The notes below the pieces were generated by a model. That model saw only the letters and a list, made by a program, of their open reading frames with translations. It made no database searches and was not told the origin of the DNA. 64,000 nt of DNA from NCBI GenBank assembly GCA_047973205.1, contig JBKEBO010000016.1, positions 2,973 through 66,972 of the forward strand. The letters are read 5' to 3'. Below, piece after piece: positions 55,710 through 64,000 of the stretch. Within the stretch, counting starts at the first letter, position 1. Every line of letters starts with the position of its first letter. A program made the position numbers and the translations under genes. The DNA comes from Alphaproteobacteria bacterium. GTDB lineage: Bacteria; Pseudomonadota; Alphaproteobacteria; JBKEAR01.

Positions 55710-58355
55710 TTATAATCTTGCTTTGATAGCATCTAATGCCGCTTTGGCTTTAGATGCATCAGGTCCCCCTGCTTGGGCCATGTCAGCTCTGCCGCCGCCT
55801 CCTTTGCCACCAAGGGCAATAGAGCCAACCTTGACTAAGTCAACCGCATTCCACTGATCGGTTTTATTTTTATTGACCCCTACTACAATAGAGGCTTTGC
55901 CGTCATTAATGGCAATTAATGCTGTAACATCAACATCTTCACTGCCATGAATTTCATCCACCATGCCTTTAAGTTCTTTGGCGGGAATATCATTATAAAC
56001 TTCACCTACAAAGCTTACGCCATTAATGTCTTCAATTTCATTAGATGAGAGCGAGCTTCCACCTGTCGCCATTTTTTTACGTAAGGAGGAGATTTCTTTT
56101 TCCATCGACTTACGTTCACCCACCATTTTTTCAACCCGCTCTGCCACATTGCTTTCTGAGGTATTGAGCATCGCCGCAATATCAGAAAGTAGCTTGCTTT
56201 GAGTCGTCAGCCGATTGACAACCGCTTGTCCTGTAATAGCTTCAATCCGCCGTACGCCTGCAGCAACTGCAGCCTCGGATATAATCTTGAAGCTTCCGAT
56301 ATCACCTGTTTGCTTAACATGAGTACCACCACATAATTCAACAGACCATGCTGATTTTGTTGGTGCTAAACCACCCATAGAAACCACACGGACTTCCTCG
56401 CCATATTTTTCACCAAAAAGAGCCATAGCCCCTTCCTTCTGAGCTGCCTCTGGGCTCATGATACGCGTGGTAACAGGCGTATTTTTACGGATAACCTTAT
56501 TGACAAGATTTTCTACTATTTCTACTTCATCTGCACTTAAGGCTTTTGGATGGCTAATATCAAATCGTAGACGCTCCTCGCTTACCAAAGAGCCTTTTTG
56601 CGTAACATGCTCACCCAATGTTAGCCTTAAAGCCTCATGGAGTAAATGCGTTGCTGAGTGATTACCTCTGATTTGACTACGGCGTTCAGAATCCACCCAC
56701 ATACGAACAGGATTGCCTACGCTAATAGAACCATCAAGGAGTTTAAATTTATGAGCAAAAAGACCATCGGCATATTTTTGTGTGTCGATAATTTCAGCCT
56801 TGCCATTTTCGGTTTCTACAAAGCCAATATCACCAACCTGACCACCTGATTCAGCATAAAATGGGCTTTGATTAACAATTAAATAGCCTTCTTCATTGAC
56901 CTTATCAAAGCTTGTTACTTCCTTTTGTTCGCTATTGAGCAATGTTAAGCTTAAAGCTTCTGCCGTTTCTAGCTCATAGCCTAAAAATTCTGTTGAGCCA
57001 TATTTTTCCTTAAGCTCAAACCAAATAGCTGCCGTTGCAACCTCGCCACTTCCTGACCAATTTTTACGAGCCTCAGCTCTTTGCCGCTGCATTGCTGCAT
57101 CAAAGCCAGCAATATCTACTTCAATCTTATGAGGTTTAAGAGCTTCTTCCGTTAAATCAAGGGGAAAACCATAAGTATCATAAAGCTTAAATGCAACCTC
57201 ACCATCAAGCTCTTTACTTGCTTGCATCTTTTCAACTTCATCATCTAAAAGCTTTAATCCACGCTCTAAAGTTCTCTGAAAACGCTCTTCTTCTAACTTT
57301 ACGGTTTCTGTTATCAGGGCTTCGGCTCGTTTAAGCTCAGGAAAAGCATCCCCCATAAGGTCAATTAAATTTGGTACCATCTTATAAATAGCAGGATCCA
57401 TCATACCCACTAAATAAACATGACGCATTGCCCTACGCATAATTCGCCGCAACACGTAACCACGCCCCTCATTAGAGGGTAAAACACCATCGGCAATTAA
57501 AAAGCTTGTCGAGCGAAGATGGTCTGCAATCACACGATGAGATATTTTATACTCACCATAAGGCTCTGAATTTGTTAGATGAGCGGAATTTTCAATCAGT
57601 GATTTGAACATTTGAATATCGTAATTATCATGCACTCCTTGAAGCACCGCCGTAATACGCTCCAACCCCATACCAGTATCGATACTAGGCTTGGGAAGGT
57701 TCAATCTTTTACCTGGTTCAAGCTGTTCATATTGCATAAAGACAAGATTCCAAATCTCTACCCAGCGATCGCCATCTTCTTCTGGGCTACCTGGAGGTCC
57801 ACCCCATAGATGATCGCCATGGTCCCAAAAAATCTCAGAACATGGCCCACAAGGGCCTGTATCACCCATTTGCCAAAAATTATCCGATGTGGGAATTTTA
57901 ATAATCTTATCGCTAGAAAGTCCTGCAATTTTTTGCCAAAGAGTATAAGCTTCTTCATCTTCGGCATAAACTGTCACCAAAAGACGCTTCTCATCAAGGC
58001 CAAATTCTTTTGTAATCAAGTTCCAAGCATGCTCAATAGCAACATCTTTAAAATAATCACCAAAAGAAAAATTACCCAGCATTTCAAAAAATGTATGATG
58101 TCTTGCCGTACGGCCAACATTTTCTAAATCGTTATGCTTACCGCCTGCACGCACACATTTTTGGGTAGTAACGGCTCGGTTATAATCACGGCTTTCGTTA
58201 CCCGTAAAAACATTTTTAAACTGGTTCATCCCCGCATTGGTGAACATAAGCGTTGGGTCATTATGGGGAACAAGCGGGCTAGATGAGACAATCTCATGAC
58301 CTTGCTGGGCAAAATAGTTTAAAAATTTATTACGAATATCCCTCGTGGTAATCAT
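55710..58355 (-). CDS. alaS: Alanine--tRNA ligase
   Basis: 881 aa with class II motifs ([10 protein letters not shown], the [11 protein letters not shown] region), an editing domain with HSATHLLH and CGGTH, and a C-terminal DHHA1-like domain. Confidence 0.97.
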   Translation of the reverse strand: MITTRDIRNKFLNYFAQQGHEIVSSSPLVPHNDPTLMFTNAGMNQFKNVFTGNESRDYNRAVTTQKCVRAGGKHNDLENVGRTARHHTFFEMLGNFSFGDYFKDVAIEHAWNLITKEFGLDEKRLLVTVYAEDEEAYTLWQKIAGLSSDKIIKIPTSDNFWQMGDTGPCGPCSEIFWDHGDHLWGGPPGSPEEDGDRWVEIWNLVFMQYEQLEPGKRLNLPKPSIDTGMGLERITAVLQGVHDNYDIQMFKSLIENSAHLTNSEPYGEYKISHRVIADHLRSTSFLIADGVLPSNEGRGYVLRRIMRRAMRHVYLVGMMDPAIYKMVPNLIDLMGDAFPELKRAEALITETVKLEEERFQRTLERGLKLLDDEVEKMQASKELDGEVAFKLYDTYGFPLDLTEEALKPHKIEVDIAGFDAAMQRQRAEARKNWSGSGEVATAAIWFELKEKYGSTEFLGYELETAEALSLTLLNSEQKEVTSFDKVNEEGYLIVNQSPFYAESGGQVGDIGFVETENGKAEIIDTQKYADGLFAHKFKLLDGSISVGNPVRMWVDSERRSQIRGNHSATHLLHEALRLTLGEHVTQKGSLVSEERLRFDISHPKALSADEVEIVENLVNKVIRKNTPVTTRIMSPEAAQKEGAMALFGEKYGEEVRVVSMGGLAPTKSAWSVELCGGTHVKQTGDIGSFKIISEAAVAAGVRRIEAITGQAVVNRLTTQSKLLSDIAAMLNTSESNVAERVEKMVGERKSMEKEISSLRKKMATGGSSLSSNEIEDINGVSFVGEVYNDIPAKELKGMVDEIHGSEDVDVTALIAINDGKASIVVGVNKNKTDQWNAVDLVKVGSIALGGKGGGGRADMAQAGGPDASKAKAALDAIKARL

Positions 58356-58440
58356 TATAATATTCCATTATCTTATATTTATCTGATAGATGCTTATTAT
58401 TTACCGTTTTTTCCTACAAAAATCCAGTATTTTATTCACT

Positions 58441-58483
58441 TAAACAAAAATGCGAAACCAAAAATAACAAATTTAGTTTCGCA
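58441..58483 (-). terminator. Putative rho-independent terminator of recA
   Basis: TGCGAAAC (58451-58458) / GTTTCGCA (58476-58483) with a 17-nt A/T loop. The minus strand continues TTTTTGTTTA. The large loop lowers confidence. Confidence 0.45.
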
Positions 58484-58535
58484 TCTTTAAGATATTTTGT
58501 TTATTTCTAAAAGCAATTTATCGCAAGAAACAAGA

Positions 58536-59564
58536 CTATTCCTGCTCCTCTTCTTCTTGCTTACTTCCATCAAGTTCATCAAAAATCATTCCTGAGGCTT
58601 CTTTAATTTTTCTTTCGACCTCACGCATTTTTTCAGGATTTTCTTTAAGCCAACGACGGGCATTCTCTTTACCTTGACCTATACGTTCCTCGCCATAAGA
58701 GAACCAAGAGCCTGATTTATCAATCACTCCAGCCTTAACACCAAAATCAATCACCTCGCCTGTTCGGCTGATACCTTCACCATACATAATATCAAATTCA
58801 ACCACTTTAAAAGGTGGGGCAACTTTATTTTTAACAACTTTCACTTTGGTTTGATTACCCACAACTTCTTCTTTATCCTTAACTGAGCCTATACGACGAA
58901 TATCAAGACGTACCGAAGAATAAAACTTAAGAGCATTACCCCCTGTTGTCGTTTCGGGATTACCAAACATGACTCCAATTTTCATCCGAATTTGGTTAAT
59001 AAAAACAACCAGTGTTTTTGAGCGATTAACTGAGCCTGTAAGCTTACGTAAAGCTTGGCTCATAAGGCGGGCTTGCAAGCCTACATGCGTATCTCCCATA
59101 TCGCCCTCTAACTCTGCCTTAGGTACTAAGGCTGCAACCGAATCAATAACCAGAACATCTAAAGCTCCTGAGCGAACAAGAGTATCGGCAATCTCTAAAG
59201 CCTGCTCTCCTGCATCAGGTTGAGAGATTAACAAATTTTCTACATCTACACCTAGTTTTTTAGCATAAGCAGGATCTAGGGCATGTTCTGCATCAATATA
59301 AGCACAAGTTCCTCCTGTTTTTTGAGCCTCGGCAACCACATGCAAAGCCAAAGTGGTTTTACCTGAGCTTTCTGGGCCAAAAATTTCCACAATCCGTCCT
59401 CTGGGTAGTCCTCCAATGCCTAAGGCAATATCTAGGCCAAGTGAGCCTGTAGAGATGCTTTCTATTTGAGCGACTTCTTGTTGCCCCATCTTCATGATGG
59501 AGCCTTTACCAAAGGCACGTTCAATTTGTGATAATGCTGATTCTAATGCTTTATTTTTATCCAT
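58536..59564 (-). CDS. recA: Recombinase RecA
   Basis: Canonical RecA ([28 protein letters not shown], the L1/L2 loops). I prefer ATG 59564 (MDKNKALE); the ORF-track GTG at 59576 is the alternative. Confidence 0.97.
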   Translation of the reverse strand: MDKNKALESALSQIERAFGKGSIMKMGQQEVAQIESISTGSLGLDIALGIGGLPRGRIVEIFGPESSGKTTLALHVVAEAQKTGGTCAYIDAEHALDPAYAKKLGVDVENLLISQPDAGEQALEIADTLVRSGALDVLVIDSVAALVPKAELEGDMGDTHVGLQARLMSQALRKLTGSVNRSKTLVVFINQIRMKIGVMFGNPETTTGGNALKFYSSVRLDIRRIGSVKDKEEVVGNQTKVKVVKNKVAPPFKVVEFDIMYGEGISRTGEVIDFGVKAGVIDKSGSWFSYGEERIGQGKENARRWLKENPEKMREVERKIKEASGMIFDELDGSKQEEEEQE

Positions 59565-59612
59565 TAATTTTCTCACATAATATTTGGTTGAATTTTGTAT
59601 AAGATATATTTT

Positions 59613-59627
59613 GTACTCTTTTTGTTC
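59613..59627 (-). promoter_or_regulatory. Candidate alphaproteobacterial-type LexA (SOS) box upstream of recA
   Basis: The + strand reads GTAC-TCTTTTT-GTTC, one mismatch from the direct-repeat consensus GTTC-N7-GTTC described for alphaproteobacterial LexA. It lies 49-63 nt upstream of the recA ATG. Confidence 0.45.
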
Positions 59628-59659
59628 TCATTTGCAAGCTTTTTTTTATATTTTTTTAA

Positions 59660-62600
59660 TTATTGAGCTAAGCCTAGAATTTCCTGCACTTTTGCAAGAA
59701 GTTCATTAGGCCTTACAGGCTTTTCCATATAGTAAGCATTTGGATTTTTAATAGAATCTCTTAAACCTCCAATATCACCACTTAAGAACACAATGGGTAA
59801 ATTGGGCATTTTAGCCCAAATATGTGCGGCCATCTCATCACCATGCATGGTAATCATATTCACATCACTCACCACAAGTTTTAGCAAGTTTTTATTCATT
59901 GCATCTAAGGCAAGTTCCAAACCATCTTTTCCATCTTCAGCCTCAAAGACTTCAAAACCTGCTGATTGCAGTTTGCGAGCCATAAATATACGAGCACTTT
60001 CTTCATCATCGGCTAAAATAATCAAAGGCTTTTGTGTTTCATTTTCTTTTATATCATAAAGGCTTGGCAAAGCGACTGCTGGTTTTTGGGGAGGCTTTTG
60101 CGGATCAAGCGGCTGCGTTTTTGTTCCTTGGCTTGCAAATATATCAAAGAGATTACCTTGTTTGTCTTGATTATCTGATGGTTTTTGTCCTACATTATTT
60201 TGTCTTTGCTGCTCTGTTAAGATATCTTTGACCTTAATAACAAGCCCTTCTAAGGTATAAGGCTTGGCTAAAAACGGTACATTGCCTACTTTTTCTAAGT
60301 CCCTATCTAAATCTTCACCCGAATTACCTGAGACAATAAGAACAGGAATATCAGGATAAGTTTCACGAAACTTCTTAATCATCGAAGCTCCATCAAGCCT
60401 TGGCATGGATATATCCGAAACAACTAAGTCAAAATTACCTTTTTCGTTTAAGACAATCTCTAAACCCTCTTGACCATCTAAGGCTTCTAAAACTTCATAA
60501 CCTCGCTGTCTTAAGGCTCTTACAGTATAGCCTCTTGCTCGCTCTTCATCTTCAACAACCAAAATACGCCCCACACCTGATAAATCTGTTGGGATATATT
60601 TTTTTGCTTGCTGCTGTGTTGCTGCGGGCTCTTCTTCAAAGGGAAGCCAAATCTCGAAACATGTGCCTTGCCCCTCTTGAGTCATCACATTCACAAAGCC
60701 ATCTTGGCCACGAACCATTTGCCGTACGCTATCAAGGCCAATACCTGTACCGCTACCTGCTTTTTTGGTGGTAAAACGTTTTTCGAAGATACGCTCTAAA
60801 ATATGTGCTGGAATACCACTACCTGTATCTTGCACCTTAACAACAACCCATTCCCCTAAAGGAATTTCGTCAGGGAAGCCTTGATGGATTTTATTTAAGA
60901 TATGTTTTTCAGCTGATATTGTAACCATTCCGCCTTTACGTTCTTTATTATTTTCATCCATTGCATCACGAGCGTTGGTAATCAAGTTCATCAATATCTG
61001 GTCAAAAGCTGTTTCTTCTACTCTGATCCCATAAACATCATCTCCAGGATTAACTTTTAGCTCATATTGCTTACCTAAAGCCGATTGCAAGGGAGCACGA
61101 GCATTGGTTAGAAGGGAATCTACCTTAAGCCATTTCCGCTCGCCTGTTTCTGAGCGATTCATCCGATTAAGCCATTTGGCAAGTTTATCGGCTCTAAAAG
61201 CAGAATCTAAAATAGTATGAGCATCAGGATAAATGCTATCTTCAGGCTCTACACGTTCCATGATGCTTTCTGCTCCCCCAATAATCGCAGCAAGCATATT
61301 TTTGAAGTCATGGATAATTTTACCTGCAGCTTGGCCAATCATACGATCCTTTTCGACTTCACTCATCTTAGAACGTAAGGCATAAGTCTCGCTAATATCT
61401 TCAGCCGCTAAAAGGATTTCGTTAGGATCTTCCATCGAAGCATTTACTGCATAAAGGCGAACGGAAAGACTGTCCTCGCCACTAAGCCCTTCCAAGGTCA
61501 ATGATTTTGCACCCGCACTCACACGATATAAAAATGTCTGCAGTCTCTCGCTCTCTTTAGGTGAAAATAGTTGGGCAAATGATGTTCCAGCTAAACTATC
61601 TTTATTCTGGTTAAAAAGATGACTAAAAGCATGGCTAACCTGCTTTATATTGCGGTGAGCATCAATCCATATGAGTGGAAGTGGAATATCATCAAAGCGA
61701 ACAGGAATATCGGAGGCTGACAATTGTGATTGTACTATCGAATGAGGTTGTTGTACCATTTGTTGTGCTGTTGCTTGCATGGCTTCTTGCTGCTGAGAAA
61801 TATCTTTAGGCTCTGGAATAATAATAGAATTTGTTGCCTTAAACTCACCTTTTTCATCAAGCTGAGATGTTTGATAAAGCCAAGCCTTAACCGTTTGTCC
61901 ATTATTACGACGACGAATATGAATAATACCGTTCATATTTTGACTTTCTGGCCCTTGGATTAAAGCACTGCTTTCGGAATATTCCATGGGTTTTGCATCA
62001 ATAATATAATCAGATAAATGAAAATCTCCTTTAGATATTTGAGCCTTAGAAGCCCCTACTATCTTTAAGAAACCTTCATTGGCTGAAAGAATAACACCTT
62101 CTTCATTCATCGAAAACCAACCACAAGGCATATCATCAATAATCTCACTACAAGCTTCAGCAACTAAAGTTTGGTTCGCAAAACTTTCAAAATGTGATGA
62201 ATTTTGAGGCTCTTTCTGGCTATAACCTAAAGCCGCAGCCTCTTCTTGCAACTGTGTCACCTGCCATAAAATAGCTTCTTGAGCTTCAATAGGGCTAACA
62301 AAGATATATCGAGATGCAGGCTCACCATTGGGAAGACGAACCATAATCGTCATACGGTCTTCAAAGCCTGTTGTTGCAAGCTGCAGCATACGATAAATAG
62401 CCTCAATATCTTCCTTATTGGCAAGATAAAGCTCCAAGCCCTCCATGATATTACCTCGCTTAATATCAGGTGGTACAACACCAGGAAGCAATATGCGAAA
62501 AGCTCGGTTACACCAAAGGGATTTTCCTGAAACATCCGTAATAATCACCCCTTGAGGTGAATGGTAGAGCCCTTGACCTAAAAGGGTAAAATGCCTTGCA

Positions 62601-62848
62601 ATTTGTTTTCGTCCCATAAGCAAGAAAATATAACATAAAATAATAAGGCCAAGGATAGCCCCTATAATTGCTATAATCTTATTGAGAAAAAGAAAGGATA
62701 TAAGTGATATTCCAAAAAGAAAAATAACCACAAAAACCCACGGCAGCGGGCTGCGGAGGCTTTCCATTCTTTCGTCATCCATCTGAAGAAATGTGAGCAA
62801 TCGTTCACTCTTCGAGGATATATGTCGCTTAAAGTTTTGCTTGGCCAT
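59660..62848 (-). CDS. Hybrid sensor histidine kinase with two C-terminal receiver domains (CckA-like)
   Basis: Two N-terminal TM helices and PAS-like regions. The H-box IGQAAGKIIHDFKNMLAAI resembles CckA (HDFNN). HATPase G-boxes DTGSGIP and GSGTGIGL follow, then REC1 (VVEDEE...VVSDISMPRLDG), a Q/P-rich linker and REC2 (ILADDEE...VVSDVNM). Confidence 0.85.
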   Translation of the reverse strand: MAKQNFKRHISSKSERLLTFLQMDDERMESLRSPLPWVFVVIFLFGISLISFLFLNKIIAIIGAILGLIILCYIFLLMGRKQIARHFTLLGQGLYHSPQGVIITDVSGKSLWCNRAFRILLPGVVPPDIKRGNIMEGLELYLANKEDIEAIYRMLQLATTGFEDRMTIMVRLPNGEPASRYIFVSPIEAQEAILWQVTQLQEEAAALGYSQKEPQNSSHFESFANQTLVAEACSEIIDDMPCGWFSMNEEGVILSANEGFLKIVGASKAQISKGDFHLSDYIIDAKPMEYSESSALIQGPESQNMNGIIHIRRRNNGQTVKAWLYQTSQLDEKGEFKATNSIIIPEPKDISQQQEAMQATAQQMVQQPHSIVQSQLSASDIPVRFDDIPLPLIWIDAHRNIKQVSHAFSHLFNQNKDSLAGTSFAQLFSPKESERLQTFLYRVSAGAKSLTLEGLSGEDSLSVRLYAVNASMEDPNEILLAAEDISETYALRSKMSEVEKDRMIGQAAGKIIHDFKNMLAAIIGGAESIMERVEPEDSIYPDAHTILDSAFRADKLAKWLNRMNRSETGERKWLKVDSLLTNARAPLQSALGKQYELKVNPGDDVYGIRVEETAFDQILMNLITNARDAMDENNKERKGGMVTISAEKHILNKIHQGFPDEIPLGEWVVVKVQDTGSGIPAHILERIFEKRFTTKKAGSGTGIGLDSVRQMVRGQDGFVNVMTQEGQGTCFEIWLPFEEEPAATQQQAKKYIPTDLSGVGRILVVEDEERARGYTVRALRQRGYEVLEALDGQEGLEIVLNEKGNFDLVVSDISMPRLDGASMIKKFRETYPDIPVLIVSGNSGEDLDRDLEKVGNVPFLAKPYTLEGLVIKVKDILTEQQRQNNVGQKPSDNQDKQGNLFDIFASQGTKTQPLDPQKPPQKPAVALPSLYDIKENETQKPLIILADDEESARIFMARKLQSAGFEVFEAEDGKDGLELALDAMNKNLLKLVVSDVNMITMHGDEMAAHIWAKMPNLPIVFLSGDIGGLRDSIKNPNAYYMEKPVRPNELLAKVQEILGLAQ

Positions 62849-62961
62849 GCATTTAATCTTTTAAGGTTACTTACTCTATATCCATCATAGAATGCCTATA
62901 AAAGATTAAAAGGTCAACATTTTTTAGTGTTTTCTTACTGTTTATAAAAGACAGCTCAGTC

Positions 62962-63810
62962 CTATTTAAGCATATTCTCAATAAATGCAGGTAGGCAAAA
63001 GGCCGCTAGATGCACCGATGGTGTGTAGTAAAAAAGCTCACCTAGATTATGTTTTTTATAGCTTTTTGTCAGCTCATCTAAAGAGATATTTGTATAATTT
63101 GCATCTGAGGCAAAAGAGAGCGTCATATGACCACCCGCATAAGTTGGTACGACTGTTGTATAAAAATTCGCATGGTTGAAAATATCACGGTGTTTTTCCC
63201 ATGTTCCTATAAGCTCATCTGCCTGAAAAAATGGTACACCATTTTGTGTAACCAAGATGCCTCCCTCATTTAGGATATTATGGCAATCTTGATAAAATTC
63301 TTGAGAAAATAGAACCGCCGCAGGGCCAATAGGATCTGTCGAATCGACAATAATCACGTCATATTTATCTTGAGTATTTTTAACAAATTCTGCACCATCA
63401 GCAATAACAAGCTCTAACTTTTTATTATCAAAAGCTCCTAAGGAGTGATTGGGTAAGTATTTTTTTGAAAACTCAATAACAGCCCCATCAATTTCTACCA
63501 TAGTAACTTTTTGAATATCATATTTTAAGACTTCACGGATAATACCCCCATCACCACCACCAATAACTAGAATATTTTTTGCGTTACCAAAAGAAAGCAT
63601 TGGAACATGCACCATCATTTCATGATAACAAGCTTCATCGGCTTGTGTTGTTTGGATAACGCCATCAAGAGCTAAAATACGTCCAAATTTTTCATTGTGA
63701 AACAATATCATATCTTGGCAATCGGAGCGATCTTCATATAAAACTTCATCGACTTTAAAGCCTTGGTGATAATAAGGGTAAAGGCTTTCGGTATATTTTT
63801 TTATACTCAT
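62962..63810 (-). CDS. speE: Spermidine synthase
   Basis: 282 aa with the GGGDGG motif, DSTDP, and a typical SpeE N-terminal tetramerisation segment. The start overlaps the speD stop (ATGA). Confidence 0.92.
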   Translation of the reverse strand: MSIKKYTESLYPYYHQGFKVDEVLYEDRSDCQDMILFHNEKFGRILALDGVIQTTQADEACYHEMMVHVPMLSFGNAKNILVIGGGDGGIIREVLKYDIQKVTMVEIDGAVIEFSKKYLPNHSLGAFDNKKLELVIADGAEFVKNTQDKYDVIIVDSTDPIGPAAVLFSQEFYQDCHNILNEGGILVTQNGVPFFQADELIGTWEKHRDIFNHANFYTTVVPTYAGGHMTLSFASDANYTNISLDELTKSYKKHNLGELFYYTPSVHLAAFCLPAFIENMLK

Positions 63811-64000
63811 AGCTCAATCCCACGGCGATGTTCGCTAATAATAATATCTTCTGTCTGAAAATATGCTGCTATCGCAGGAATAGCCTCATAGGGGTCACAT
63901 TCCCCACACATAAAAATATCAATAGCCGCATAACTACGCTCTGGCCATGTATGGATGCTAATATGAGATTCAGCCAAAACAACAACACCAGAAACACCTT
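63807..64000 (-). CDS. speD: S-adenosylmethionine decarboxylase proenzyme, small bacterial type (5' end outside window)
   Basis: It is not in the ORF track because no start lies in the window. The minus-strand translation reads [63 protein letters not shown], with the ES self-cleavage site and the HTWPE motif. Confidence 0.85.
   Translation of the reverse strand, partial: GVSGVVVLAESHISIHTWPERSYAAIDIFMCGECDPYEAIPAIAAYFQTEDIIISEHRRGIEL

Noticed and set aside
1-64000. A defence island, prophage, integrative element or toxin-antitoxin system.
   Set aside because: I read every ORF of 60 aa or more. None shows integrase, transposase, recombinase, restriction-modification, cas, Abi or toxin-like motifs. 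The only tRNA, at 16579, has no adjacent integrase or direct repeat. The window is a core housekeeping region.

Overview
This window is an AT-rich chromosomal segment, almost certainly from an alphaproteobacterium. Supporting markers are GcrA, class I LysRS, three-part PntAA/PntAB/PntB transhydrogenase, a CckA-like hybrid kinase, RpoH, and a GTTC-N7-GTTC-like box upstream of recA. I call about 56 protein genes and one tRNA-Leu(UAA). Nearly all are tightly packed housekeeping genes: rpoH, rluD, rpsD, gluQ, a TRAP transporter, folB/folE, mutL, psuKG, rsmD, tadA, clpSA, acnA, gcrA, lysK, ubiDA, rsmE, gshA, pntAB, pepF, pyk, alaS, recA, speED. I found no rRNA, cas genes, integrase, transposase, restriction or other recognisable defence or phage genes, so I cannot name a novel protein-coding system. 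The unexplained structure is non-coding. (1) Three copies of a ~200-280 bp element lie at 7829-8030, 32833-33115 and 49243-49458. Each is built from inverted arrays of 10-bp, helically phased TCCAT(A/T)TTTAT units resembling DnaA boxes. All three have the same orientation, and each abuts the stop codon of a minus-strand gene. (2) A mosaic family of GC-rich intergenic modules sits at gene 3' ends. It includes a perfect 3 x 50 bp tandem array (29835-29984) and a 37-bp duplication (54020-54122), and a shared 22-mer links it to the phased elements. Secondary oddities are a czcD-arsR-czcD paralog sandwich, tandem paralogous acyltransferases, two orphan secreted proteins, a two-receiver CckA-like kinase and a TAATT stop/start junction in dctQM. 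All functional calls come from motif recognition by eye. No database search was run.
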